Below are positions 7,974-17,541 of a DNA stretch of 37,078 nucleotides, one piece after another (position 1 is the stretch's first letter; the number at the start of each line of letters is the position of its first letter). The notes below the pieces were generated by a model, which saw only the letters and a program-made list of their open reading frames with translations, did no database searches and had not been told where the DNA came from. This stretch comes from Nitrospirota bacterium (GTDB lineage Bacteria > Nitrospirota > Nitrospiria > Nitrospirales > Nitrospiraceae), in NCBI GenBank assembly GCA_963703955.1, contig CAVPGK010000002.1, positions 1 through 37,078 of the forward strand. Reading direction: 5' to 3'. Position numbers and translations under genes: made by a program.

Positions 7974-8501
7974 TCAAAATCCCCTGAGTTCGCGATTCCG
8001 CTTCCTTAGTGCCTTCGGCAATTTCCGCGGGTTTCCTTTTTTCTCTCGGTGGCGTTCCAGAAGGTCATCCTTATCTAACACTCGCCGCGACGGAATGAAT
8101 GCCATCCGCGTACCGACCGGCGCGCCCTCGCGAAGCCTCGCCTCAAACTCTCCCGCACCGATCACGAACGCGCCTTGTGCTTTGGCAAAGTCGGCGACCT
8201 CTCGATCCGAAGAGACGACCGCGCACTCGCGCCCGAACTCCGAGGCAAGCCGCTGAATGACCTGGTCGGCTCGCTCGCCTTTCTTGGAATACACCACCTG
8301 AACGCCGGCGCGATGTTCATGGTGTTCTGTGCCCTGACCTTGCCGCCAGCCGTCGAAGACTACCGTGATCGGATGGCCTTTCCGTTGCCGATACGCCATC
8401 AGATCACGAAGGAGGTATTCTCGCGCCATCTCAGACTCGGGCCCAACCTGGCCACGTTTACCGAGTAGATTGTATCCGTCCACGATCACATGCCTGGTCA
8501 T
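7974..8501 (-). CDS. NYN-domain (YacP/Rae1-like) PIN-fold nuclease
   Basis: VIVDGYNLL, ITVVFDG, VVYSKKGERADQVI and VVSSDREV match the NYN_YacP acidic motifs. Basic tail KKGNPRKLPK. Confidence 0.88.
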   Translation of the reverse strand: MTRHVIVDGYNLLGKRGQVGPESEMAREYLLRDLMAYRQRKGHPITVVFDGWRQGQGTEHHEHRAGVQVVYSKKGERADQVIQRLASEFGRECAVVSSDREVADFAKAQGAFVIGAGEFEARLREGAPVGTRMAFIPSRRVLDKDDLLERHREKKGNPRKLPKALRKRNRELRGF

Positions 8502-8637
8502 TCAGCAGAGCCTAGATATTGCCAGCGGGTATGTCAATTCCCGAACTCGAGCTCTCGTTTAGAGAGCTCAAAGGTTTCTTTCCGTTTCGCATGGTATCTC
8601 TTGACAAGAGCGGCGTCATCTGACACAAACACAGAAG

Positions 8638-9957
8638 ATGCGGCGAGGCGCCTCACCAATGACAAAAACGCTGTTCTGCGTATGGCTCTGGCTGGCTACC
8701 TGTCTACCGAGCCTTTCTGGGTTCGATATCGGACCCGCCGACGCCGCCCCCTTGCACTTCTCACAAGATCATCGACAGCACACCGCCACTAGCCATACGG
8801 TCAAGAAAAAAGGGAAAACCCCTGCGCGCGCGCCGGCCATCCCAACGATCGTGCAGGACGTGCGAGTGGTGCCGTACCTAGACCACACCCGTCTCGTCTT
8901 GGATCTTCAACGAAGCGTCACCTTCACCCAAAATCGTCAGAAACACCCGGACCGGGTCATCATTCAACTCCACAACTCCCTGCTCGGCAAGACGGCCCTC
9001 GCCAGCTTGACTGATGAGGGTTTTCCCAACGAGGTCGTCATCACCCAGGCCAACCAAACGGTTCCCCATTCAGTGCTGATTGCCCTGGATCTTGCGAGGA
9101 TCAGCGACTATAAGCTGCTCCCGCTGAACCGGCCAACCCGTCTGGTGGTAGACCTCTTTCATCGTCAACTGCATGAAGACATTGAGCCTGTCAGCTCGAC
9201 TCCCCCGCCGACTGGCGGCGCCCTGCAGAAATCGGCGCCACGGCAGCCTCGCACGGACATCAATACGATCGTCATCGATGCTGGCCATGGCGGGAAAGAC
9301 CCCGGCGCTATCGGAAGAGGCGGCACCGCGGAGAAGGATATCACGCTTGAAGTCAGCCTGATGCTTCGCGATCTGATCGTCAAGCACCTCGAGAAGCGCG
9401 TGCTGATGACGCGCGATCGAGACGTGTTCATCGAGTTGGAGGATCGGGCAAAATTCGCCAATAGCCAAAACGCCGACCTGTTTGTATCCGTGCATGTCAA
9501 CTCACATCCCCAGCGAGCCACAAAAGGCCTCGAGATCTATCATTTCGGCGAAGCGACCGATCCTCGCGCGTTGGCCGTGGCCGCACGAGAAAACGGGACG
9601 CCTATCGAGAATACGGGCGTCGGGTGGCAGTATCTGGTCGCGGACCTGCTCACGACAAAGAAAATGGAGGAGTCCCTGGAGCTGGCGTGGACGACAAAGC
9701 AGGCCATGGTCTCACATCTCGACACGCATTACGACATCGTCGATCACGGGGTCAAGACCGGTCCGTTTTATGTACTACGCTTCACGGCGATGCCCAGCAT
9801 TCTGGCCGAGATCGCATTCATTTCCAATCTCACCGAAGAGCGGTTGATGCAAGGTCGCGCGTTCCTTTCCCGCATTGCCGAAGGCATTTTCGAAGGGGTA
9901 AAAGCCTTCATCAGTCCGCCACAAGCTGGAGCCCAAGGAGGGATACAGGGCTCGTAG
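8638..9957 (+). CDS. N-acetylmuramoyl-L-alanine amidase (AmiC-type, AMIN plus Amidase_3)
   Basis: Signal peptide, AMIN-like TRLVLDL / PTRLVVDL, IVIDAGHGGKDPGAIG, EKDITL, FVSVHVNS and PSILAEIAFISN. Start is 8638 or 8659. Confidence 0.93.
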   Translation: MRRGASPMTKTLFCVWLWLATCLPSLSGFDIGPADAAPLHFSQDHRQHTATSHTVKKKGKTPARAPAIPTIVQDVRVVPYLDHTRLVLDLQRSVTFTQNRQKHPDRVIIQLHNSLLGKTALASLTDEGFPNEVVITQANQTVPHSVLIALDLARISDYKLLPLNRPTRLVVDLFHRQLHEDIEPVSSTPPPTGGALQKSAPRQPRTDINTIVIDAGHGGKDPGAIGRGGTAEKDITLEVSLMLRDLIVKHLEKRVLMTRDRDVFIELEDRAKFANSQNADLFVSVHVNSHPQRATKGLEIYHFGEATDPRALAVAARENGTPIENTGVGWQYLVADLLTTKKMEESLELAWTTKQAMVSHLDTHYDIVDHGVKTGPFYVLRFTAMPSILAEIAFISNLTEERLMQGRAFLSRIAEGIFEGVKAFISPPQAGAQGGIQGS

Positions 9958-9991
9958 TACGGGGGGCAAGGGCTATGCCTACCCTTCTTCC

Positions 9992-10726
9992 ATGGCGACC
10001 TTCAAGCTAACGATCGAATACGACGGCAGCGCCTACGCCGGATGGCAACAACAGCCTGACCAACCGACCATCCAAGCTGCGATCGAAGCGGCGCTGCAGC
10101 GCATCACCCAGACACACATCCCGGTGATCGGCGCCGGGCGAACCGACGCCGGGGTACACGCCCTTGGCCAGGTCGCCAGCTTTCGATCCGACCGAACGAT
10201 GGCCCCACACGAATGGGTGAAGGCCCTGAATGCCGTCCTGCCTGCCGATATCAGCATCCGGTACGCCGAGCACGTTTCTGAGGACTTTCAGGCTCGCTAT
10301 TCGGCGCGCTCGAAGGTGTACCGCTATCGCATTCTCAATCGTCGAGAACGGTCGGCGTTCGAACGGACTCGGGCTTGGCATGTTCGGAAGCGATTGGACG
10401 TGGACGCGATGTGCAAGGGAGCCGGATGGCTCATCGGTTGCCATGACTTCTCTTCGTTCCAAGGTTCGCAGACCGACAGTAAAGACCCGATGTGCGATCT
10501 CCGGCGGCTGGATATAACCCAGGCGAGGGTCATCATCAGGATCGACGCGGAAGCCGATCGGTTTCTCAAACAGATGGTTCGCACCATCGTCGGCACGTTG
10601 GTTGAGGTCGGCATGGGGAAGCGGTCACCCCACGCGATGAAGCAGATCCTCGACGCCAAGGACCGCCGCGCCGCCGGATACACGGCGCCGCCGCAAGGGC
10701 TCTATCTCGTCGGGGTCGATTACTAG
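9992..10726 (+). CDS. truA: tRNA pseudouridine(38-40) synthase
   Basis: IEYDGSAYAGWQ, GAGRTDAGVHALGQV, FLKQMVRTIVGTL and TAPPQGLYL motifs. Confidence 0.97.
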   Translation: MATFKLTIEYDGSAYAGWQQQPDQPTIQAAIEAALQRITQTHIPVIGAGRTDAGVHALGQVASFRSDRTMAPHEWVKALNAVLPADISIRYAEHVSEDFQARYSARSKVYRYRILNRRERSAFERTRAWHVRKRLDVDAMCKGAGWLIGCHDFSSFQGSQTDSKDPMCDLRRLDITQARVIIRIDAEADRFLKQMVRTIVGTLVEVGMGKRSPHAMKQILDAKDRRAAGYTAPPQGLYLVGVDY

Positions 10727-10889
10727 ACTGTCGTCGTATTTTTAGCCACACATCAGGATAGCCCAGACAGGCAGCCCTCACGCAACCAGAATTCCTTCGT
10801 CGATTTTCTGAACAAAAAACGCTATGCTTCGACGAGCTTCACAGTAGGCGGATCAAAGAAGGTCGTCTTCACCCTAAGATCTGTCGTCC

Positions 10890-11621
10890 ATGCGCACGTT
10901 AATCTTTCTGGCCTCTCTGTTCGCATGCCTGGGAGTCATTGGCGCAGTGTTGGTTGGCATGAGTTTTTCAGAGAGCCACCGGAAACAGCATCAGTTTCTC
11001 AACCTGCTGTATGAGGAGCAAACGCAGTTGTTGACGATCACCGTGGTTCTGTGGGTGATGGCCTATGGAGCAAAGCTGTGGAAAGATCTGTTAGGTTCGA
11101 AACCGCAATTGGAGTCCATTCAACTGTATAGTGGGCAACTCTCTCAAAAGGTCACCCGGCACGGGGTCAAGCAGGAGTTGGAGGAAGCCGACACCGAGGT
11201 CGCTCAAGAAGCCGGAGCGTATCTTGCTGCCGGCGAGAAGGATTTTGCGGGGAGACGTTTTCGAGAAGCCGCCGACAGCTTTCAAAAGGCCAATGATGTG
11301 CTGCCTACGATGTCCGGCTACATGAACCTAGGCGTGTCGCTCGTGTGTGTGTGGGAATTCCGCCAAGCCGAAGACGCCTTCATTTCTGGGATTCAGATTG
11401 CCCACAGAAAAGGGAATCTGGAGTTCGAGGGCGCGTTCTTTACCAACTTGGGCAATACATACTATCGCCAAGGTAAGTATGAGAGAGCGCTCGAGATGTA
11501 CCGGTCGGCGCTTAAGTTCTACGAACAGAGCGGCGATTCCGTCGCTCAATCTGCCATCTTCCATAACAGCGGCATGGTCTACCATGCGCAAGGGAAGTTG
11601 GACGAAGCGTGTAGGTCTTGA
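10890..11621 (+). CDS. Membrane-anchored TPR-repeat protein; probably frameshifted near 11618 and continuing to 11757
   Basis: Two N-terminal hydrophobic segments; TPR repeats (YMNLGVSL, FTNLGNTYYRQGKYERALEMYRSAL, FHNSGMVYHAQGKLDEA). The last repeat stops mid-helix. Confidence 0.75.
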   Translation: MRTLIFLASLFACLGVIGAVLVGMSFSESHRKQHQFLNLLYEEQTQLLTITVVLWVMAYGAKLWKDLLGSKPQLESIQLYSGQLSQKVTRHGVKQELEEADTEVAQEAGAYLAAGEKDFAGRRFREAADSFQKANDVLPTMSGYMNLGVSLVCVWEFRQAEDAFISGIQIAHRKGNLEFEGAFFTNLGNTYYRQGKYERALEMYRSALKFYEQSGDSVAQSAIFHNSGMVYHAQGKLDEACRS

Positions 11622-11745
11622 ACGTGCAACGCTTGTCCACCTCGAGAGCCGCCTTCAGCGCGGGCGCCCGACGAATTTCGCAGTCCCCGGGCCTCATCCC
11701 GTCGGCCAAACCTCGATAATCCAAGGACAATCCTTCGCATCGCGA

Positions 11746-12387
11746 TCACTGGTTTGACCGATTTTCTAGTTGCTTGCGAAGTTCGATCAATTCCTGCTCA
11801 AGAGCGGCAAAGCGATCGCTGATGGGATCCGGCATATTGATGTGATCCATCGTGGCTTCAGGGAGGCGTCCGCCCTCCGTTTTGATGACCCGCGCAGGTA
11901 CTCCGATCACGGTGGAATTGGGGGGAACAGACTTCAACACGACGGAGTTGGCGCCGATCTTCACATTGTCGCCAATTCTGATGCCGCCCAGAATTTTCGC
12001 GCCTGCCCCGACCACCACGTGATTGCCTAGCGTAGGATGGCGCTTCCCACGCTCCTTCCCGGTCCCGCCCAAGGTCACCCCTTGAAACAGCGTGACGTAG
12101 TCGCCCACCTCAGCCGTCTCCCCGATCACAACCCCCATGCCGTGATCGATGAAAAACCCTCGTCCGATCGTGGCGGCCGGGTGGATCTCGATCCCCGTCA
12201 GCCACCTGGCAATCTGTGAGATAGTCCTCGGAAAAAACGGAATCCCCAACCGATGAAGAGAGTGCGCCAGACGGTACGCGAGGAGGGCATGGAAGCCCGC
12301 ATAGGTGAATATCACCTCCAAGCGGCTGGTCGCCGCAGGATCACGTTCAAAGACTACCGCCAAGTCTTCCTTAAGAAGGTTGAACAT
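11746..12387 (-). CDS. cysE: Serine O-acetyltransferase
   Basis: [35 protein letters not shown] and [15 protein letters not shown]; hexapeptide repeats. Confidence 0.97.
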   Translation of the reverse strand: MFNLLKEDLAVVFERDPAATSRLEVIFTYAGFHALLAYRLAHSLHRLGIPFFPRTISQIARWLTGIEIHPAATIGRGFFIDHGMGVVIGETAEVGDYVTLFQGVTLGGTGKERGKRHPTLGNHVVVGAGAKILGGIRIGDNVKIGANSVVLKSVPPNSTVIGVPARVIKTEGGRLPEATMDHINMPDPISDRFAALEQELIELRKQLENRSNQ

Positions 12388-12427
12388 CTCGTCTTATCAA
12401 CATGATGACATTCTGACTTGAGGACTT

Positions 12428-12901
12428 TCAGACTCGCTCGATCAAACAAATCGCCTGAGCCGCAATGGCCTCTTCTCGTCCGATGGCGCCCAACCCCTCG
12501 CCGCTCTTGACCTTCACATTCACGATGCCATGTTCCACTTTGAGCACACTGGCGATCGTCGCCGCCATGCTGCCGAGGTGCGGGCTCAGCCGGGGCGCCT
12601 GCGCGACAATGACGGTATCCACATTGACCACGCGATAACCGTTCTTACCCAGCAACCCAGCAACATCGTCCAGCAACCGGAGGCTTGACACATCTTTAAA
12701 CCGCGGGTCAGAACTCGGATAATGGCGTCCGAGGTCACCTTCGCCCATGGCCCCGAGCAGGGCATCGCACACGGCGTGGACCAACGCGTCGGCATCCGAA
12801 TGCCCCACCAAGCCTTGCGTGTGCGGAATCTCGACCCCGCCTAGAATCAGCTTGCGACCTTCGCCCAACGGATGAATGTCATATCCCAATCCGACACGCA
12901 T
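12428..12901 (-). CDS. ispF: 2-C-methyl-D-erythritol 2,4-cyclodiphosphate synthase
   Basis: MRVGLGYDIH and GHSDADALVHAVCDALLGA; RBS GAAGGA before ATG 12901. Confidence 0.96.
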   Translation of the reverse strand: MRVGLGYDIHPLGEGRKLILGGVEIPHTQGLVGHSDADALVHAVCDALLGAMGEGDLGRHYPSSDPRFKDVSSLRLLDDVAGLLGKNGYRVVNVDTVIVAQAPRLSPHLGSMAATIASVLKVEHGIVNVKVKSGEGLGAIGREEAIAAQAICLIERV

Positions 12902-12923
12902 GGTTCTTCCTTCGTATGAAGCT

Positions 12924-13811
12924 TCACGATGCACGATTCAATCTGGCAACCAATATGGCCTCTCCGATGGCCAGATCTTCCGGCCGCGTGATCTTGATGT
13001 TTTCCCCGGTTCCCTCCACGATCGCCACTCGATGCCCGAGCCGTTCGACCAATTGAGCGTCGTCGGTCGCCTCGAAACCGTCCTCTTGCGCCTTGCGGTG
13101 GGCTTCTTCGAGGAGCGCGCGCCTGAAGACCTGCGGTGTTTGCGCTAACCAGAGCCGGCGGCGATCCACGGTGTTCTCGATCAAGTTGTCAGCGCCCACG
13201 CGCTTGACCGTATCGCGCATCGGAATCGCGACTACAGCCGCACCGTGTTTTGCCGCCTTCCCGACCACTCGATTGACCAGGTCAGGCGTGAAGAACGGCC
13301 GTACCGCGTCGTGTACAAGAACCAGATCGGCGCTCTCCTCCACCGCGGCCAGGCCTAGACGGACGGAGTCCTGCCGCTGCGTTCCTCCGGCCACAACTTG
13401 TCTCACTTTGGCGAATCCGTGGCGGGATACGATCTCAGTGAGACAAAACTCACGGTCCGCCTCTGCGACCGCGAGAATCACGCCCGTGATGGACTCCGAC
13501 TTCTCGAGCACACGGAGGGAATGAACAAGAACGGGCAGTCCCCCAAGCGCAAGAAACTGCTTAGGAGTTCCGCTTCCCATGCGAAGTCCCCGTCCGGCGG
13601 CAGGGACCAGCGCCACGGTACGAGGAGACTGCCAGACAACTGCTTCGTCACGAGGCGAAGGAGACGGGGTTAGATGCAAGGTTTCTGGATCGGATAGAGA
13701 AGGCGTCTTCTTTGCAATACGTCGTGAATTGTTTCCTGCCGAGAACGTTGCAGGTGGTGAGGGATCCTGTGCCACAGTAGAACGGTGAGTCTCCGACAGG
13801 CTCCTAACCAC
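12924..13811 (-). CDS. ispD: 2-C-methyl-D-erythritol 4-phosphate cytidylyltransferase (start uncertain)
   Basis: VPAAGRGLRMG..PKQFL, GGTQRQDSV, LVHDAVRPF, AQTPQVF, TDDAQLVE and NIKITRPEDL motifs. Confidence 0.95.
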   Translation of the reverse strand: MVRSLSETHRSTVAQDPSPPATFSAGNNSRRIAKKTPSLSDPETLHLTPSPSPRDEAVVWQSPRTVALVPAAGRGLRMGSGTPKQFLALGGLPVLVHSLRVLEKSESITGVILAVAEADREFCLTEIVSRHGFAKVRQVVAGGTQRQDSVRLGLAAVEESADLVLVHDAVRPFFTPDLVNRVVGKAAKHGAAVVAIPMRDTVKRVGADNLIENTVDRRRLWLAQTPQVFRRALLEEAHRKAQEDGFEATDDAQLVERLGHRVAIVEGTGENIKITRPEDLAIGEAILVARLNRAS

Positions 13812-14886
13812 GCGCGACTTGGAACTCCTCCTTATCGGTTTCTTCCTTGAGCCGGGTAAAAATCATCCGGCCAGCCGTCGTTTGCAAGACGCTGGTGACG
13901 ACGACATCCGTGTTTCGTCCAATACAACGTTTTGCGTTGTCTACGACGATCATCGTTCCATCGTCCAAGTAGGCCACCCCCTGCCCGGCTTCCTTGCCTT
14001 CCTTCAAGACAAAGACACGGATCGTCTCGCCGGGCAGAACGACCGGTCGCAACGCGTTGCACAATTCATTGATGTTCAACACGCGCACTCCCTGCAGCTC
14101 GGCCACCTTGTTTAGGTTCAGATCATTGGTTATGACCTTGGCCCCGACCTGCTTGGCAAGCACGACGATCTTGGAATCTACGTCCTTCACATTCGGGAAG
14201 TCGTCATCGACGATACGCACGTCAATATCGACCATCTTTTGAATCTTGTTGAGAATGTCCAAGCCTCGCCGGCCGCGCGCGCGTTTGAGCGCATCGGATG
14301 AATCCGCGATATGCTGCAACTCTTGCAGGATGAACTGAGGGACTAGAAATGTGCCTTCCAGAAAGCCGGTCTCGCAGAGGTCGGCCACGCGTCCGTCGAT
14401 GATGACGCTGGTATCCAAAATCTTGTGATTGGCAACCTCCGGACCATGCTCGACACGTTTCATCGGAGCGGAAATCTGCTCATGCCCGAACTTGGCGCCC
14501 AACACCAATCCCAAGTACGGCAGCCCTAGGAGAAAGACGAGGCCGCCGATGTGAAACAACACGGTTTCCATATCAAACACGACACTGCCGACCCATTCGA
14601 CCAGTCCAGTGAGCAAGAGTCCGACCGCCAACCCGACGGTACCTCCCACAATAATGCCGAACGACATATTTTGAAGCGCATACTCTCCGAACAAGATCAA
14701 TCCGCCGGTCGCGGCGCCGATGAGAAAACCTTGGAGAAGGAACGCCCCATTGGGTTCTTCCCCGCGCATAAAGAGGGCCATGCCCGCCAGGGCGCTCAAA
14801 AACACAAAAATCACTCTTAGTGCAATCTGTGCCACCCGCTTTTGATTTATCATGAGATCACCCGACTCTGTGAACCGAGTCCTCAT
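13804..14886 (-). CDS. PIN/TRAM-domain membrane protein (YacL family)
   Basis: Four N-terminal TM segments, ILDTSVIIDGR, RGRRGLDIL, ITNDLNLNKVA and QGVAYLDDGTMIVV...VLQTTAGRMIF. Confidence 0.93.
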   Translation of the reverse strand: MRTRFTESGDLMINQKRVAQIALRVIFVFLSALAGMALFMRGEEPNGAFLLQGFLIGAATGGLILFGEYALQNMSFGIIVGGTVGLAVGLLLTGLVEWVGSVVFDMETVLFHIGGLVFLLGLPYLGLVLGAKFGHEQISAPMKRVEHGPEVANHKILDTSVIIDGRVADLCETGFLEGTFLVPQFILQELQHIADSSDALKRARGRRGLDILNKIQKMVDIDVRIVDDDFPNVKDVDSKIVVLAKQVGAKVITNDLNLNKVAELQGVRVLNINELCNALRPVVLPGETIRVFVLKEGKEAGQGVAYLDDGTMIVVDNAKRCIGRNTDVVVTSVLQTTAGRMIFTRLKEETDKEEFQVARG

Positions 14887-16442
14887 TAGGGTTTCAAGGT
14901 CACGAAACTGGTCCTGCCTTGACGCTTGATGAGAAGCAACACCGGCTGATCCTTATTTAGCTTTGACGTGGATTGTTCAAAGGCCTTGAGATTAGCGACG
15001 GGCCGACGATTCACCTCCAGAATCACATCGCCCTCTCGCAGGCCTGCTTCCTCAGCCACACTGCCTGATCGGACACGTACGATCACCACCCCCCTCTCAC
15101 CGCCGGACAGACCGAGACGGCGCGCGAGGTCGCTATCCAGCTCGCGCACATCAAGACCGGACAGCAGACTCGCCGGGGTGCCCGAGTCCTCCGTCTCTTC
15201 ACTTCCCGCTTGAGCCACGGTCTTCGGTTGCTCGACGACCGTAACATCGACCGTTTTGGCGCGCTTGTCCCGGATAAATCTGACCGATGCCTTCTTACCT
15301 ATGACGGTTTTCGCTACAGCATTCCGGAGTTGCGTTGGATTCTCAACGACCCGCCCCTCAAATTCCACAATCACATCGCCGCGTTCGAGTCCCGCCCGTT
15401 TGGCGGGACTATCATCCAGCACCTCGCTGACCAATACGCCTTTGGGCTCGGTGATGCCGAATTGCTGCGCCAGTTCCGGCGACAGCTCCTGAATCGAAAC
15501 ACCCAACCATCCGCGGACGACCTTCCCGCTCTTCGTGAGTTGCTCAAGAATGGAACGGGCCATGCTGCTGGGGACCGCGAAGCCGATCCCCATGTTGCCG
15601 CCGCTCTGGCTAAAGATCGCCGTATTAATCCCGACCAGCTCACCGCGCGTATTCACGAGCGCTCCGCCTGAATTCCCGGGATTGATCGCGGCATCAGTCT
15701 GAATAAAATCCTCATACTCGGCAATGCCCATGCTGGCGCGGCCGACCGCACTGACAATGCCCATCGTGACCGTCTGATTCAACCCGAACGGATTCCCCAC
15801 CGCCAGAACGAATTCCCCGACCTCCAGGGTATCCGAATCCCCCCACGGAATCGTGTGCAAGCCATCAGCCTCTACCTTCAGCACCGCAAGATCGGTCTTG
15901 GAATCAGTGCCGATCAACTTGGCCTTGAACTCACGCTTATCTGACAGGAGGACCTTGATCTCGTCAGCCTTGTTCACGACGTGATTGTTGGTAATGATGA
16001 GACCGCCCGCGTCCACGATCACACCCGATCCCAAGCTCCGCTCCTTGCGCTCACGCGGCGCTTCAAAGCGCCGAAAGAACTCTTCACCGAAGAACCTGCG
16101 GAAGAATGGATCGTCGAACGGCAGACCGTGCTGCCCCTCCTTTCCCGACCCGTTCCGTTGCGTAGAGATATTGACGACCGCTTGGGTCACCGCCTTGGCA
16201 ATCTGGACGAAGTTGCGATCCGTCCCTGGGAGCACCGTCGCCGGAGGCACCGCTGTCGGGGTAGCCGGCGACGTCGTAACCGACACGGTTGGTTCAGGCA
16301 CAGCGTGACCGAACGGCAGCCACCCCAAATCCGAGGCTACGGCGAGGCCGATCAGGATCCCCACTCCGACCAGCAGCGCGTTGAGCCAGAATGAGGATCG
16401 AGTCTGAACGCGGGGGGGTCCCGGCGTTTCATATCTGTTCAT
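14886..16442 (-). CDS. Do/DegQ (HtrA) family serine endoprotease with two PDZ domains
   Basis: SLGSGVIV, ITNNHVV, DLAVLK, IQTDAAINPGNSGGAL, RGWLGVSIQ and two PDZ domains. Confidence 0.96.
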   Translation of the reverse strand: MNRYETPGPPRVQTRSSFWLNALLVGVGILIGLAVASDLGWLPFGHAVPEPTVSVTTSPATPTAVPPATVLPGTDRNFVQIAKAVTQAVVNISTQRNGSGKEGQHGLPFDDPFFRRFFGEEFFRRFEAPRERKERSLGSGVIVDAGGLIITNNHVVNKADEIKVLLSDKREFKAKLIGTDSKTDLAVLKVEADGLHTIPWGDSDTLEVGEFVLAVGNPFGLNQTVTMGIVSAVGRASMGIAEYEDFIQTDAAINPGNSGGALVNTRGELVGINTAIFSQSGGNMGIGFAVPSSMARSILEQLTKSGKVVRGWLGVSIQELSPELAQQFGITEPKGVLVSEVLDDSPAKRAGLERGDVIVEFEGRVVENPTQLRNAVAKTVIGKKASVRFIRDKRAKTVDVTVVEQPKTVAQAGSEETEDSGTPASLLSGLDVRELDSDLARRLGLSGGERGVVIVRVRSGSVAEEAGLREGDVILEVNRRPVANLKAFEQSTSKLNKDQPVLLLIKRQGRTSFVTLKP

Positions 16443-16524
16443 GTTTCCTCATGAGAAGAACGCTGAGGTTGAGCAGTTCTTTCTCTGAATCAAGAGCCCT
16501 GAACCTCAACCTTGACACTCACGA

Positions 16525-17448
16525 TCACGGAATCTCTCCCGCATAGATCCCCATGACGGTTCGGAGAAACTTCACGGCATCCGCTTGGGGACGCTGGAAC
16601 GAGTTCCGTCCGATAATGGACCCGAACCCTCCCCCGTCACGGATGGCACGCGCTTCTTCAAACACATTCTGATCCTCGCTCTTGGCGCCGCCGGAGAAGA
16701 TCACGATCCGGCGACCGGCAAACGCGCTCTGAACTACATGTCGCACCCGTTCGGAGAGCGTCTTGATCGGAACCTGTTCGGATTCGTAGACCTTTTTTGC
16801 CGCGGCCTGCTCCAGATGCTCGGTCGGCAGCTTGACCTTGATGATATGCGCCCCAAGCTGCGCGGCAATCTGCGCCGCATAGGCCACCACGTCGATGGCC
16901 GTCTCACCCTGTTTGCTCAACGCCGACCCTCGCGGATACGACCATACGACCACAGCCAAGCCGTGGGCTTTGGCTTCTTCAGCAATTTTGCGAAGCTGCT
17001 CGTACATGGTCGTACAGTGAACCGACCCCGGGTAAATGGTGAACCCGACCGCCGCACAACCGAGCCGAAGCGCGTCCCGCACGCTTCCCGTCACGGATGG
17101 AAGCGGATCCTTGTCATCGTGCAGCACATCATGGTTGTTGAGCTTCAGAATCGTCGGGATCGCTCCCGCATACTGATCCGCGCCGGCTTCGAGAAATCCC
17201 AGCGGCGCGGCGTAGGCGTTACATCCGGCTTCCACCGCCAGCCCGAAATGATAGAGTGGACTATATCCGGGCGGATTGGAGGCGAAGCTTCTGGCCGGAC
17301 CGTGTTCGAATCCTTGGTCCACCGGGAGGATCACCAACCGACCGGTTCCCGCTAGCTTGCCATGCCCCAACAGACGAGCCAGATTGGCCTTTGTTCCAGG
17401 ATTATCGCTTCCGTACCAACCGAGCATTTCTCGGATGCGAGTATTCAT
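16525..17448 (-). CDS. fbaB: Class I fructose-bisphosphate aldolase (DhnA/FbaB type)
   Basis: ILPVDQGFEHGPARSF, AVGFTIYPGS, WSYPRG, GAHIIKVKLP (Schiff-base Lys) and GSIIGRNSFQ. Confidence 0.93.
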   Translation of the reverse strand: MNTRIREMLGWYGSDNPGTKANLARLLGHGKLAGTGRLVILPVDQGFEHGPARSFASNPPGYSPLYHFGLAVEAGCNAYAAPLGFLEAGADQYAGAIPTILKLNNHDVLHDDKDPLPSVTGSVRDALRLGCAAVGFTIYPGSVHCTTMYEQLRKIAEEAKAHGLAVVVWSYPRGSALSKQGETAIDVVAYAAQIAAQLGAHIIKVKLPTEHLEQAAAKKVYESEQVPIKTLSERVRHVVQSAFAGRRIVIFSGGAKSEDQNVFEEARAIRDGGGFGSIIGRNSFQRPQADAVKFLRTVMGIYAGEIP

Positions 17449-17541
17449 GATCCCCCTCCACCAACGTTACTCGTGACACGTGACGTTTATCGCCAAGAAG
17501 TCAAGACGGTCTCTCGCTGAACGGTCAATGACATTGTCTCG

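Noticed and set aside
6662..8501. TatD plus NYN nuclease as an anti-phage defence system
   Set aside because: TatD looks like the housekeeping type, the two genes are convergent rather than operonic, and no ATPase, QueC or other defence partner is adjacent.
8601..8630. TTGACA upstream of the amidase gene
   Set aside because: No convincing -10 hexamer lies at 16-18 nt spacing.
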